Below, in pieces: positions 30,048-40,886 of a stretch of 64,000 nucleotides of DNA. The position numbers and the translations under genes were made by a program. Each line of letters begins with the position of its first letter. The stretch's first letter is position 1. The notes under the pieces were generated by a model. It was not told where the DNA came from, did not search any database, and saw only the letters and a program-made list of their open reading frames with translations. The stretch lies in NCBI GenBank assembly GCA_965205085.1, contig OZ242039.1, positions 2,981,911 to 3,045,910 on the forward strand, given 5' to 3'. This DNA is from Bryobacterales bacterium. Lineage in GTDB: Bacteria > Acidobacteriota > Terriglobia > Bryobacterales > UBA6623.

Positions 30048-31991
30048 ATGCTGAAGCTCTTCCAGAATCAGGGCAAGGCCGTACGTTGGCTCATGGGAAT
30101 CATCCTTGTTCTCGTCGCGGGATCAATGGTCATCACCCTGATTCCCAACGTCTTCGGTCCAGCCGATCCGACCAGTGGCGACGTTCTCGCCGAAGTGGAC
30201 GGCTTCGCGGTCACGACCCGGGATATTGAGTTGGAACTCCGGCAGCAACGTGCCGGCGGCGTACCCGTCGAGGCCATCGCGATGATGGCCGGCGGCGTAC
30301 TGGAGAACCTGATCGCGGAGCGGGTGCTGCTTTCGGAGGCTGGCCAACTCGGCCTGATCCCCTCTGACGAAGACTTGGCCGCCTGGCTGCGCGAGTACCT
30401 GCCGGATGTACTCTTCCCCGACGGCAACTTCATCGGCGGGCCGGCCTACGAAGGATTCGTTCGGCAGCAGTTCCGTCGGACCGTGCCCGAGTTCGAGCGT
30501 GAGGTTCTCCAGAGCATCGCCATCGACCAGCGACTCCGGAGAATGGTGACAGACGGCGTCAGGGTTACCGAGGACGAACTCAAGCGGCGATACCACGACG
30601 AACGCGACAGCATCCGCATCGAATGGGTGGGCGTCGATGCCGACCGATTCCGCCAATCCGTTTCCCCCACGGAGGACCATCTCCGAGAGTACTTCGACGG
30701 CAACAAGCTGCGTTACCGCCACGCCGAGCGCCGGACGCTAAGGCTGATCACGATTGCACCCGACGCAGCGGCAGCCGGGGGGGATGTCGACGACGCGGAG
30801 ATCGAACTGTACTATTCCCAGAACCAGTACCGTTTCGAGCAGCCCGAGCGCCTCAAGGTCCGCCATATCCTGTTCATGACGATGGACAAGACGGAGGAGG
30901 ACACCGAGCAGGCTCGCCGGAAGGCAGAGGAGATCCTTGCCCAACTGGAAGACGGTGCGGATTTCGAAGCACTTGCGAAGGAGCATTCCGAGGACCCCGC
31001 GAATGCGAACACCGGCGGGGAGCTCCCGTGGTTCGGTCGTGGCGAGATGGACCCGGCCTTTGAAGAGGCCAGTTTCGGCCTTCAGGTGGGTGAGCTCGCC
31101 GACGCCCCGGTCCTGTCGCAGTTCGGCTACCACCTGATCCGGCTGGACGACCGAGAGAGCGGAAGCGTCAAGCCTCTGAGCGAGGTGCGGGACGTGATCC
31201 GGGACGACCTGCTCGCAGAGCGATCGCAAACCGAGCGGTACGCCCTTATGGAACGGGCGATGGAGCAGGCCGAAGCAGCGGGTCCGGCTCTTGAGTCGGT
31301 GGCGGACAGGCTCGGACTGCCGTTCCAGGAGTTCCCCGCATTCAGCCGGGCCGACCTACCGGACGCGCTGCCCAAGGAATCCGCCCTGGTGCAGGCGATC
31401 TTCGAAGAGCCGATCGGCGAGGTATTCAGCATTTCCAGCGAAGCCACCCTGTACCTTGGCATCGTCACCGCGATGGAGCCGGCTCGGGACGCGCTGTACG
31501 ACGAGGTCGAACCGACCGTGCGGCGGGATTTCATCGACACCGAGTCTGCCAGTCTGGCAAGGCAGCGGTCCGAAGACCTTGCGACGGAGGCCCGGGATGG
31601 CAACGCCAGCCTGGCCGTGGCCGCCCGGAAATACGGCCTGGTTCCCGAGACGACCGACTACGTGCAGCGAGACGGGGATATCGAGGGCATCGGACCGGTT
31701 GATGCACTCGGTGAGGATGCGTTTGCCAAGACCAACGGTGAGGTGATGGGCCCAACAGCTGTCGGGAACCGCTGGATCGTGTTCCGGACCCTGGATCTGC
31801 GCGTCGCCGACGAAGCCGGTATCGCGACCGAAGGGGAGGCTCTTCGCCGGACAATCCTGAACGAAAAGCGGCGCGACGTATTCGAGTATTTCCGCCAGAC
31901 CAAGGTCCGCGAGTACACCGAGAACCGGCAGCTGCGCCGCTACGACAACCGCATCCAGTCCTACTTGCAGTCGATGCGAAGCGCCATCTAG
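30048..31991 (+). CDS. ppiD: Periplasmic chaperone / parvulin-type PPIase (PpiD-like)
   Basis: N-terminal membrane anchor WLMGIILVLVAGSMVITLI. Parvulin domain VRHILF...GGELPWFGRGEMDPAFEEA...FGYHLIRL. Confidence 0.8.
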   Translation: MLKLFQNQGKAVRWLMGIILVLVAGSMVITLIPNVFGPADPTSGDVLAEVDGFAVTTRDIELELRQQRAGGVPVEAIAMMAGGVLENLIAERVLLSEAGQLGLIPSDEDLAAWLREYLPDVLFPDGNFIGGPAYEGFVRQQFRRTVPEFEREVLQSIAIDQRLRRMVTDGVRVTEDELKRRYHDERDSIRIEWVGVDADRFRQSVSPTEDHLREYFDGNKLRYRHAERRTLRLITIAPDAAAAGGDVDDAEIELYYSQNQYRFEQPERLKVRHILFMTMDKTEEDTEQARRKAEEILAQLEDGADFEALAKEHSEDPANANTGGELPWFGRGEMDPAFEEASFGLQVGELADAPVLSQFGYHLIRLDDRESGSVKPLSEVRDVIRDDLLAERSQTERYALMERAMEQAEAAGPALESVADRLGLPFQEFPAFSRADLPDALPKESALVQAIFEEPIGEVFSISSEATLYLGIVTAMEPARDALYDEVEPTVRRDFIDTESASLARQRSEDLATEARDGNASLAVAARKYGLVPETTDYVQRDGDIEGIGPVDALGEDAFAKTNGEVMGPTAVGNRWIVFRTLDLRVADEAGIATEGEALRRTILNEKRRDVFEYFRQTKVREYTENRQLRRYDNRIQSYLQSMRSAI

Positions 31992-32042
31992 GCATTGGGG
32001 GGTACAGGCCGCGCGCGGGACTCCGGGCAGGGGGTGGCAATC

Positions 32043-33332
32043 ATGAGGATTCAGAAGTTCGTACCAATCCACCGGGAACTCCCCATCCGCCGCCTTCCGA
32101 ACCTGGTCGGGGCCGTGCACGAGGAGATGGAGCGCTCCGAGTGGGCGCGACGGGTCGCCCCTGGCAGTCGAGTCGCCGTGGGGGTCGGGAGCCGCGGAAT
32201 CCGGAACATCGACTCGATCACGAAAGCGGTCGTCGATTTCTGGCTGTCGCGGGGTGTGAAACCGTTCATCATTCCGGTGATGGGGAGCCACGGGGCTGCC
32301 ACAGCGGAAGGCCAGGCCGACGTCCTCGACCACTACGGCATCAATTCCGCCACCATGGGCGTACCGGTCAAGAGTTCGCTCGACGTGGTGCACGTTGGCA
32401 CCACCCCGGAAGGAATCGACGTCTCCATGGACCGGCACGCTTTCGAAAGCGACGGGGTCATGCTGTGCAGCCGGATCAAGTGGCACACAGACTTCGAGGG
32501 CCCTCTGGAGAGCGGCCTCCACAAGATGATGGCGATCGGCCTTGGGAAATGGGCTGGCGCGAAGCGCTACCACCAGTGGGCCCTTCGAATCGGCATGGAG
32601 CAGGTGATCCGCAGCGTAGGGTCTGCGATGCTTGCCAGCGGCAGGATGCTCGGGGGAGTGGGCATTCTGGAGGACGCCCACCACAACACGGCCGAGGTGC
32701 ACGCCGTCGGGGCGGATTCGATGGTCGAGCAGGAGGAACGCCTCCTTGATCGGGTCAAGAACTGGAAGCCGAACCTGCCTACCAATGAGATCGACCTGCT
32801 GATCGTCGACGAGATCGGCAAGGACATCAGCGGCGCCGGCATGGATACGAAAGTGGTTAACCGTGGCGGACCCCAAGGCCCGAACAGTTGGAGCGGAGTA
32901 CCCGTCGTTCATCGGATTTTCGTCCGCGATCTCACGGCCAACACGTACGGCAACGCTATCGGGATGGGATTCGCCGACGTGGCTCACGACAGGCTGGTCG
33001 ACAAGGTCGATTTCAAGGCAACCTGGGTTAACGCACTAACGTCGTCCGTCACCTATCCCGGCTTCACCCCGCTGCACTTCCCGACCGACCGCGAGTGTCT
33101 GGAGCGGATCCTGGAAACGTGCGGCAAGATGGACACTGCGGACTGCACCGTGGCCTGGATCCGCAACACGCTGCAGTTGTCGAGCCTCCTCGTAAGTGAG
33201 AACCTCCTGCCCGAGATCGAGAGGGATCCCGCGATCCGGGTCATGGGTTCTGCGACGGCCTTGACATTCGATCCTGACGGCAACCTTGCCAGCCCGTTCC
33301 AAGCTGCTACGGCGACTCGACCAGCGGCATGA
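32043..33332 (+). CDS. Lactate-racemase-domain (DUF2088/LarA-N-like) protein
   Basis: VAVGVGSRGI...PVMGSHGAATAEGQADVLDHYGI...KWHTDFEGPLESGLHKMMAIGLGK. Family assignment is from memory of this motif. Confidence 0.5.
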   Translation: MRIQKFVPIHRELPIRRLPNLVGAVHEEMERSEWARRVAPGSRVAVGVGSRGIRNIDSITKAVVDFWLSRGVKPFIIPVMGSHGAATAEGQADVLDHYGINSATMGVPVKSSLDVVHVGTTPEGIDVSMDRHAFESDGVMLCSRIKWHTDFEGPLESGLHKMMAIGLGKWAGAKRYHQWALRIGMEQVIRSVGSAMLASGRMLGGVGILEDAHHNTAEVHAVGADSMVEQEERLLDRVKNWKPNLPTNEIDLLIVDEIGKDISGAGMDTKVVNRGGPQGPNSWSGVPVVHRIFVRDLTANTYGNAIGMGFADVAHDRLVDKVDFKATWVNALTSSVTYPGFTPLHFPTDRECLERILETCGKMDTADCTVAWIRNTLQLSSLLVSENLLPEIERDPAIRVMGSATALTFDPDGNLASPFQAATATRPAA

Positions 33333-33396
33333 ACAGAGAATCACCCGCGCCGCAGTTCAACCGCGCGGTGAGAACGCACACGCAGGCTCAAGTCCC

Positions 33397-34269
33397 ATGG
33401 ACCTGTTCCAAGCGGTAGTTCTGGCTCTGGTCCAGGCGCTGACCGAGTTCCTGCCCGTCAGCAGTTCTGCACACCTTGTCCTGGTCCGGTGGCTGCTCGG
33501 ATGGGACGACCCGGGGCTTGCCTTCGACATCGCGCTGCATGTCGGCACCCTGTTGGCTCTGTCTGTCTACTTCGCACGGACCTGGATCCGCATTCTGGGG
33601 CTGGCTGTGGGCAGGAAGCTGCTCGAACCTCGGCCCGGCCACCCGGACCGGGATCTGTACGAGACTCCCCGTCTCCTTTGGTTCCTGGTGGCGGGAACGC
33701 TTCCTGCGGGCATCGCCGGCATCGCCATGCAGGACCTCATCGAATCGCATCTGCGTGGTCCAGCTGTGATCGGCTCGATGTTGATCGGAATCGGAGCCCT
33801 GATCTGGTGGACGGACCGTACGGGTCGGATGAATCGGGGACTCGAATCCCTTCCGTTCGCTGGGGCTCTCCTGATCGGCTGTGCACAGGCTGTGGCGCTG
33901 GTACCCGGGACCTCGCGGGCTGGGATAACGATCGCGGCAGGACTCTTCCTGGGCCTGACGCGGCAGGCCGCAGCCCGCTTCTCGTTCCTGCTGGCGATGC
34001 CGGTGGTGGCGGGAGCCGCTCTCAAGGCCGGGCTGGACTCGCTCTCGGCAACCGGGCCGACTCCAACAGATCCGGCTTGTCTGGCGGCAGGGGTGGCAGT
34101 GAGTGCACTGGCCGGCTACGGCGTGGTCGCGGCGTTCCTGCGATACGTCCAGAGTTCGACGATGGCTCCCTTCGTATATTACCGGTGGGTATTTGGCATA
34201 ATTGTGCTGGTACTTGCCGGGATCGCAGGGCCCACGGCCTTCTGGGCGGAAGGCGCGCCAAGCCAATGA
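33397..34269 (+). CDS. uppP: Undecaprenyl-diphosphate phosphatase
   Basis: MDLFQAVVLALVQALTEFLPVSSSAHLVL...PGTSRAGITI. Confidence 0.9.
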   Translation: MDLFQAVVLALVQALTEFLPVSSSAHLVLVRWLLGWDDPGLAFDIALHVGTLLALSVYFARTWIRILGLAVGRKLLEPRPGHPDRDLYETPRLLWFLVAGTLPAGIAGIAMQDLIESHLRGPAVIGSMLIGIGALIWWTDRTGRMNRGLESLPFAGALLIGCAQAVALVPGTSRAGITIAAGLFLGLTRQAAARFSFLLAMPVVAGAALKAGLDSLSATGPTPTDPACLAAGVAVSALAGYGVVAAFLRYVQSSTMAPFVYYRWVFGIIVLVLAGIAGPTAFWAEGAPSQ

Positions 34270-36602
34270 GAATCAAGCTCTTGGTTGACAACCCCCGGCT
34301 CAGCGAAATCGTCGGGGTCCTGATGTTCCTGCTGGCGGTGGGGCTGCTGCTTTGCCTGGTCTCCTACTCACCGGCAGACCCGTCCGCCAATGTTGCCACG
34401 GACCGGCCAACGGCCGGAAATTGGATGGGGCTGTCGGGGGCCTTCAGCGCGGACCTGATCCTTCAGTCGCTTGGCCTGGCAGGCTTTCTGCTGCCCATCT
34501 GGCTCGGGTTCGTCAGCTGGAACCGCATCCGCAATGCACCCTTCGAAGGCGTCCTCCGCAAGGGAGCGGGCGGCACGACCCTGACGATCGTATTCTGCTG
34601 CGGCCTGGAACTGGCCAGCCCGCTGGTCATGCACATGATGCCGGTGCGGTGGGACGCCAGCGTCCGACCCGGAGGAGTGCTCGGCAAGGTCCTGACGGAC
34701 CAGTCCACATCGGTGCTCAACGTCGGCGGAACCATCCTTCTGCTGCTGGGCGGAGCGGCTGTTGGCATTTACCTGCTGACGTCGCTGCGCATGAGCGACC
34801 TGGGTCGCCCGCATGCGGCCCGAGGCCCCGGTGAAGCCGCCGAGGACCAACCCGACGCTCCTGACCCTGACGAGGAGCCCAGATCCTTCGGGCAGCTCGC
34901 GGAGCAGCAGGACAGAACGAAGCCCCTCCCCGCCAAGGAGTCAGTTGCCAAGGGCGAGGGCTCCGCTGAGTCGGGAGAGTCCGATTCGCATGCGAACGCC
35001 ACTGAGGGCTCTCCTCCGATCGTGCCGTACCGTGAGGCCCCGGACGAGACGTCGTCGGGGGCCCGCCGAACCCGGGCGGGAACAGCCACCTCGCATGGCA
35101 GCATACGGTTTTCCTCTGAGGTCAAGATCCAGAAGCAGCGATACACGCTCCCCTCAACGGCCCTTCTGAACCCGCCGAGGGCGAAGGAACCCTACGACGA
35201 GCTCCAGTTGCAGGCGACCGCGCAGCAGATCGTCGAGAAGTTCGAGGAATTCGGTGTGGGCGGCACCGTTCACCAGATCAATCCGGGGCCCGTGGTCACC
35301 ACATTCGAGTTCAAGCCGGATCGGGGCATCAAGGTCAGCAAAGTCGTCAATCTCTCGGAAGACCTCTGCCTGGCCCTCGAATGCGAGTCGGTCATCGTCG
35401 AGCGGATCCCTGGCAAGGCGACGGTCGGCATCGAGGTGCCCAATCGCCGCCGGGAAGTGATCTTTCTGCGGGAAGTGGTCGAGTCGTCATCCTTCCAGGA
35501 CTTCCGGTCGACACTGACGTTCGCCCTGGGCAAGAACGCCTACGGGAGAATCCAGTGTGCCGACCTCGCTTCGATGCCACACTTGCTCGTTGCGGGACAG
35601 ACCGGGTCGGGCAAGAGCGTGATGGTGAATTGCGTGATCATGTCGATGCTGCTTCGCGCCACGCCGGAGGACCTGAGGCTGATCCTGGTGGACCCGAAGA
35701 CGGTGGAGCTCGGCCTGTACCGGGAGATCCCCCACCTGCTGACTCCTGTTATCACCGACATGAAGCTGGCGACGAACGCCTTGAAGAACGCGACCCGGGA
35801 AATGGAGCGGCGGTTGCAGTTGCTGGCCAAGGTGGGGGCCAGGAACATCACCCAGTACAACGAGCGAATCGAGAGGGAGACCCAGACCTCCGAAGGGTCC
35901 GAAGCGACGGGCAGACCGGAGCGGCTGCCATACATTGTGATCATCGTTGACGAACTGGCGGACCTGATGATGGTCGCGGGACGACAGGTGGAAGAGTCCA
36001 TCCAGCGCCTGGCACAGATGGCCCGAGCCGTGGGTATCCACCTGCTCCTCGCAACACAGAGACCGAGCGTGGACGTGATCACGGGGCTGATCAAGGCCAA
36101 CATTCCCGCTCGGCTCTCCTTCCTGCTGGCGTCCCGGGTCGATTCCCGAACCATCCTGGACTCGATGGGAGCGGAATCCCTGCTGGGCAAGGGCGACATG
36201 CTGTACCTGCCACCGGGATCCGGGCGGAGACTCCGGTTGCACGGCCCTCTTGTGTCGGAGGACGAGATCTCGGCTCTTGTCGCACATTGGAAGGAGCAAT
36301 CGAAGCCGGAGTACAACACGTCCTACCTGGAGTCGGTCGACGGTGATCAGGACGACAAGGGGGACGACGACGCAGGATTTGATGACCCCATGTACCACGA
36401 CGCCGTGCGGCTGGTCATCTCGCAAGGAAAGGCGTCCACCTCGACTCTGCAGCGTCGGCTGCGACTTGGATACGGGCGGGCAGCGCGCATTCTGGATGCG
36501 ATGGAAAGCGACGGCATCATCGGACCGCCAGACGGAAGCCGACCGCGAGAGGTGCTCAAGAGGCCGGACTGGCTCGACGAGGTTGCCCCGGAATCGGAGT
36601 GA
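34266..36602 (+). CDS. ftsK: DNA translocase FtsK
   Basis: N-terminal TM segments. HLLVAGQTGSGKSV Walker A, IVIIVDELADLMM Walker B, C-terminal gamma domain ASTSTLQRRLRLGYGRAARILD. ATGA overlap with uppP. Confidence 0.9.
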   Translation: MRIKLLVDNPRLSEIVGVLMFLLAVGLLLCLVSYSPADPSANVATDRPTAGNWMGLSGAFSADLILQSLGLAGFLLPIWLGFVSWNRIRNAPFEGVLRKGAGGTTLTIVFCCGLELASPLVMHMMPVRWDASVRPGGVLGKVLTDQSTSVLNVGGTILLLLGGAAVGIYLLTSLRMSDLGRPHAARGPGEAAEDQPDAPDPDEEPRSFGQLAEQQDRTKPLPAKESVAKGEGSAESGESDSHANATEGSPPIVPYREAPDETSSGARRTRAGTATSHGSIRFSSEVKIQKQRYTLPSTALLNPPRAKEPYDELQLQATAQQIVEKFEEFGVGGTVHQINPGPVVTTFEFKPDRGIKVSKVVNLSEDLCLALECESVIVERIPGKATVGIEVPNRRREVIFLREVVESSSFQDFRSTLTFALGKNAYGRIQCADLASMPHLLVAGQTGSGKSVMVNCVIMSMLLRATPEDLRLILVDPKTVELGLYREIPHLLTPVITDMKLATNALKNATREMERRLQLLAKVGARNITQYNERIERETQTSEGSEATGRPERLPYIVIIVDELADLMMVAGRQVEESIQRLAQMARAVGIHLLLATQRPSVDVITGLIKANIPARLSFLLASRVDSRTILDSMGAESLLGKGDMLYLPPGSGRRLRLHGPLVSEDEISALVAHWKEQSKPEYNTSYLESVDGDQDDKGDDDAGFDDPMYHDAVRLVISQGKASTSTLQRRLRLGYGRAARILDAMESDGIIGPPDGSRPREVLKRPDWLDEVAPESE

Positions 36603-36718
36603 ACGGGCCGACAGCGCCTGGCGACAGACCGTCGCCCCGCCCCATCGACTCTAGTGCGACCGGCACAATCATGGCCAGATCAACCTAACGACGGGCACCA
36701 GAGGTCCAGCAAGACTAT

Positions 36719-36743
36719 TCAGGCTATGGGGACACTAGCCTGA
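36719..36743. terminator. Perfect 8-bp hairpin between convergent ftsK and glmM
   Basis: TCAGGCTA-tggggacac-TAGCCTGA. No clear U-tract, so a terminator function is only a guess. Confidence 0.25.
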
Positions 36744-36912
36744 TTAGCCCGTGCTGAGTCGTTACGTCCATCGCAAATCGAGCTACCCTCCGGTCTCACA
36801 GTGTTCAGCGCCACACTGGAGAGTCTCGCGCCGGCGGGGCAGGCGAACTCCACCGCCAGACTTCCTAGCCGATCATTCACCCTGCGAGGTCGATGCACTT
36901 GTGCCGGAGGAC

Positions 36913-38262
36913 CTATTGGCCGAGGTGTTTCTCGAAGAGGTCGGCAATCGCGGTGCCGTGCCGCAGAACCTCCCTGTTGTCTTCCGCCTCAACCATGATC
37001 CGTGCCACCGGTTCAGTACCGGAGTACCGAACCAGGATTCGGCCTCGTCCGGCCAGTTCGAGTTCCCTGTCAAGCACGGCCTGCTGGATTTCCGGCAGAT
37101 CCCTGAGTGGCCGCTTCTCACTGACCCGCACGTTGATCAGTTGCTGGGGATAAACCTGAAGACGCTTGCGCAGCTCGCTGCAGGGCACAGCCGCTTCAGC
37201 GACGATCCCCAACATCATCAGCATCGTCAGCAATCCGTCCCCTGTCGTCGTATGGTCGCCGAAGATCACGTGCCCTGACTGTTCGCCACCGAGCGTCGCA
37301 CTGCATCGGAGCATCTCCCGGATTACGTGCCGATCACCCACGGGCGTACGAATGAGGCGGACTCCCCTGTCCCGCAGCGCAATCTCCAGGCCAAGGTTGG
37401 ACATGACTGTCGCCACGACCTGACGATCACGCAACAGGTCGCGGTCTTGCAGGCTGGCCGCAGCGAGGAGCAGGAGGTTGTCACCATTCAGCAACTCGCC
37501 GTTCTCGTCGACCAGAAGGCAGCGGTCCGCATCACCGTCCAGAGCCGCCCCGAAGTGACCTCCGGAGGCGATGACCTCCTTGGCCAGCAGCTCCGTGTGC
37601 AGCGCTCCGCAACCCTCATTGATGTTGCGACCGTCCGGTTCGCGGCTGACGTACCTGACGTCCAGCCCGAGCCCTTCGAGGGCCAGGGGCGCAACATGCG
37701 AGGCGGCACCGTTCGCACAGTCGACCACGACCCGCAGACCGCGCACGGACGCAGGCACACGGCTGGCCTGCAGCAGGTGTCGAGCATAGTCGAGAGCGAT
37801 ATTCGCGCTCGGCTCCGACAACGCCCTGGCCTGTGGCGCGATGTTCTCACGCAGAGAGAGAATTCGCCTTTCCAGCTCCGTTTCCGTTGCGTCGGGCAGC
37901 TTGTATCCGAACGGCCCGAATACCTTGATGCCGTTGTCATCAAAAGGGTTGTGCGAGGCCGACACCATGACCCCGAGCGCAAAGTCGCCGCAGCGTGTCG
38001 CGTACGCGATTGCTGGTGTGGGTACGATCCCGGCATACTCCCAGAGAACGCCCCCCTGATCGAAACCCGCGGCCAGCAGACTGGCGATCTCGGGACTCGA
38101 CTCCCGCGGGTCCATTCCAATCAGGATCCTGGGGCTGCGGCTGGCCTGGACCTGGTGCGCCAAGGCCATGCCGATGGCATACAAGGTCCGTGCATCCAGC
38201 GGATACGAACCATAGCGGCCGCGAATGCCATCGGTCCCGAAGAGTTTCCTGGAATCAGGCAT
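36913..38262 (-). CDS. glmM: Phosphoglucosamine mutase
   Basis: LFGTDGIRG, VMVSASHNP, GGEQSGH. Confidence 0.9.
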   Translation of the reverse strand: MPDSRKLFGTDGIRGRYGSYPLDARTLYAIGMALAHQVQASRSPRILIGMDPRESSPEIASLLAAGFDQGGVLWEYAGIVPTPAIAYATRCGDFALGVMVSASHNPFDDNGIKVFGPFGYKLPDATETELERRILSLRENIAPQARALSEPSANIALDYARHLLQASRVPASVRGLRVVVDCANGAASHVAPLALEGLGLDVRYVSREPDGRNINEGCGALHTELLAKEVIASGGHFGAALDGDADRCLLVDENGELLNGDNLLLLAAASLQDRDLLRDRQVVATVMSNLGLEIALRDRGVRLIRTPVGDRHVIREMLRCSATLGGEQSGHVIFGDHTTTGDGLLTMLMMLGIVAEAAVPCSELRKRLQVYPQQLINVRVSEKRPLRDLPEIQQAVLDRELELAGRGRILVRYSGTEPVARIMVEAEDNREVLRHGTAIADLFEKHLGQ

Positions 38263-38622
38263 GGGCAGACTCTCCGGGAGGAACTCTCGCTCCGAAGCTC
38301 TTTCAATTGTATGACATCTGATTTGCCTTCGATTTCATCGGGTGGAGCGGAAACGTCAATGGCGCGGCCGGGAGCCGTCGGAAATCCTTGTGGGCGGTCC
38401 GAAACGGGGAACCCGCCTGCCGGCCCCGGCTACAGGGCACGCCATACGACGCCCCGTACGCAACGGCGCACCCCGATGCTCATGCCCGGACTCCCTTCCA
38501 GAGGAGGGTCCCGGCTCGGCCGGAGAGATCGGCCGGTAGCCGCACCGGCGAGCTCCACCATGCCGTACAGACGCCCCCTGATGACAATCCCCCCGCCCAC
38601 GGGCGCCGTCGTGCACCAAGGT

Positions 38623-39609
38623 CTAGGTCTCGAACCCGTGCATTGACCGATAGAGCGGACCGTCATAGCGCTGCGTCGACTTGAAGTGCTCGTGCCTTCC
38701 GTCACCGGCCTCTGGAGCGGCCAGGGCCATGATGCGGTCCCGCTCTTCGGCGTCCAAGGGGCGGAACCCCCGGGCGATCCTGACATCGGCCATCAACTGG
38801 TCCATCCTGAGGTAGCCCCTGACGATCGAGGATACCGGCAGGCTCAGCGCCCAGCGTACACACATCTCGGCAGAAACACTGGTCGTGGAGGGAATCTCCG
38901 CTACCCGCGGCCCCCCGCCGAGACACTTCATCCCGATCACGCCGACATCCTTCGCAAGGCACAGGGGCACAACCTCCCGCTGGAAGGAGCGGTAGAAATG
39001 ATCCATGGGGTTGATCGGCATCTGGGACGTCGCCCAGTCGAATCCCTTGTTCAGCATCCTGACGTGGATCCCCGGGTGCTTGTGGCCGGTGAACCCGATG
39101 TAGCGTACCTTGCCGGCCCTCTGCGCCTCCAAGGCCACCTTCAGCCCACCTCGGTCGAAGACCCAGTCCGGGTCGTTGTCGTAGTTGATTTCGTGAAACT
39201 GCCAGAGATCAATGTAGTCGGTCCGGAGCCTCCGGAGACTGTCGTCCAGACACTGCCGCGAGAGCTTCTCGTCGCGCCCGGAGTTCTTCGTCATCAGGAA
39301 GACCCTGTCCCGACGCCCCTCCAGGGCCTTGCCCATGAACTCCTCGGCATAGCCGTCGTGATACATCCAGGCGTTGTCCCAGAAGAAGACGCCGTTATCG
39401 ACCGCAGCGTGCGCAAGGCGCATGGCTGTCGCCTCGCCATCGTCCTGGGCCGCGCGTCCAAGGTGGGCACCTCCCACACACAGAATGGAGACCTGCTCGT
39501 CTGTTCGTCCCAGTCGCCGGGTCGGGACACCGCCTCCGCTATCGTCCTGGGCGACAGATTCGGCGGCCAAGGCCGCGGCAACATCGTGAACGAGCCCTTC
39601 GGTCGACAT
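38623..39609 (-). CDS. Aldo/keto reductase
   Basis: RRLGRTDEQVSILCVGGAHLG, DYIDLWQFHEI, RYIGFTGH. Confidence 0.8.
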   Translation of the reverse strand: MSTEGLVHDVAAALAAESVAQDDSGGGVPTRRLGRTDEQVSILCVGGAHLGRAAQDDGEATAMRLAHAAVDNGVFFWDNAWMYHDGYAEEFMGKALEGRRDRVFLMTKNSGRDEKLSRQCLDDSLRRLRTDYIDLWQFHEINYDNDPDWVFDRGGLKVALEAQRAGKVRYIGFTGHKHPGIHVRMLNKGFDWATSQMPINPMDHFYRSFQREVVPLCLAKDVGVIGMKCLGGGPRVAEIPSTTSVSAEMCVRWALSLPVSSIVRGYLRMDQLMADVRIARGFRPLDAEERDRIMALAAPEAGDGRHEHFKSTQRYDGPLYRSMHGFET

Positions 39610-39630
39610 ACGGAAACAGTATAGGGAAGT

Positions 39631-40149
39631 CTACTTGCCCGGCAAACCCCGTGCCTGGCGCGACGGCACCGGAAGTGCGGCAAAGAACGACTGCGGCTCC
39701 AGCCGCACGATCCGCCACTTCTCCCGCCTCTTCCGCACAGTCACGGTCAGGGTCGCCTTCCGCCGTTCCACCGGGCCCGGATCGATCTTGTGGGTAAGGT
39801 CGAGCAGCCAGTCGACGCGGACGGTCCACTCTTCGGGTCCGCCTACAGGGAGGCTGCTCTCGACAGACGAGGCGATTCGCCGCTGGGCCGTAAGGGCGGC
39901 CAGAGCCTCCCCGAACGCCTCCATCCCAGGAAACTGCTCCCGGTCTAGGGCTGCCAGGAACAAGGGGGCATTGCCGGCCTGCAGCGCCCGGCTCGCGTCC
40001 CGAATCAACCGACGAATCGCTGCAACGTCATCCGGCGGCTGGCTGCGGGCCGGCTGTGGCCCGAAAGCCGCCCCCAGCACCAGTTGAGCGATGCACTGCC
40101 GGCGGGACAGGGACTGACAGGCTGTCGCTGAACCTCTCGGGAATCGCAT
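39631..40149 (-). CDS. Hypothetical secreted protein
   Basis: 172 aa with a signal-like N-terminus. No motif recognised. Confidence 0.45.
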   Translation of the reverse strand: MRFPRGSATACQSLSRRQCIAQLVLGAAFGPQPARSQPPDDVAAIRRLIRDASRALQAGNAPLFLAALDREQFPGMEAFGEALAALTAQRRIASSVESSLPVGGPEEWTVRVDWLLDLTHKIDPGPVERRKATLTVTVRKRREKWRIVRLEPQSFFAALPVPSRQARGLPGK

Positions 40150-40178
40150 GCATGGGCCGAAATGCCGATCCCCCTGCG

Positions 40179-40886
40179 CTAGGCGTCGCGAAACGGGCTG
40201 CGACCGGTGGCGTAATCGATAGCCTCCTGCGGCACCTTGTACTCCGAATGGGAGGCGTTTCCGACGAACCCCAGGTCGAGGATACCCGCCGGACTCGTGT
40301 AGTAGGCATCCACGATCAGCTGCCTTGCCCAGCCGAAGAACGGCAGTCCGAGACGCATACCTGACGGTCTCTTCACGCCGAATACCGAGAAGCGGGCGTA
40401 TTCTGTCGTCGGGAACCGGGTCTCGGTGCCCGTCTCCTTGCGTTCCGCATCCACCAAGGCGTCCAGAATCGCCAGTTGGCCCTGCTCATCAGCCTCGATG
40501 AACGAACTGCCGTTCCGAGCCCGTGAGGTGGCGTCCAGCCACAGCATTCCCCCGGTGAAGATATCCGCCAACTCCCGGTTTTCGCTCGCCAGAAGGTCGA
40601 TGAACTCGGGAGCGCCACCGTCGCGGCCGCTGGGACCGCCGTCGTCAGCGGGCAAGACCAGCTCGGCGAGCCGCTCCAACGTCCGGAACTCATGGTCGTT
40701 GAAGAGCTTGACCGTATATTCACCTCTGAAAGTGCGCTCGTCCTCGACCTGCCCGTGCACCTGCGCCGCAGCGGCGGGAACCATGCCCCGGCCCAGGCCG
40801 GCGGCCGTCACGGCCAATGCGACGTGTCGCAGGGCCTCACGCCTGGAAAGCTGGTCGGGCGGAGAGCCCCCCCGGATTTCAGACAT
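40179..40886 (-). CDS. Gluconate 2-dehydrogenase subunit 3-like protein (Tat signal)
   Basis: SRREALRHVALAVTAAGLG twin-arginine leader. It overlaps the upstream GMC oxidoreductase by 8 nt; this pairing is common. Confidence 0.6.
   Translation of the reverse strand: MSEIRGGSPPDQLSRREALRHVALAVTAAGLGRGMVPAAAAQVHGQVEDERTFRGEYTVKLFNDHEFRTLERLAELVLPADDGGPSGRDGGAPEFIDLLASENRELADIFTGGMLWLDATSRARNGSSFIEADEQGQLAILDALVDAERKETGTETRFPTTEYARFSVFGVKRPSGMRLGLPFFGWARQLIVDAYYTSPAGILDLGFVGNASHSEYKVPQEAIDYATGRSPFRDA

Noticed and set aside
33489-34265. 259-codon N-terminal extension of the ftsK ORF (ORF 33489-36602), and similar extensions of other ORFs such as 6463, 8583, 17465, 19515, 20563 and 28138.
   Set aside because: The extensions overlap neighbouring real genes or spacers and are Arg/Gly/Pro-rich. 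Internal starts reproduce the canonical N-termini, for example MRIKLLVDNPRLSEIVGVLMF for FtsK.
38625-38665. GGGTTCGAGACC-like sequence on the minus strand, resembling a tRNA T-arm.
   Set aside because: It lies within the C-terminal codons of the aldo/keto reductase. The flanks cannot form acceptor or T stems.
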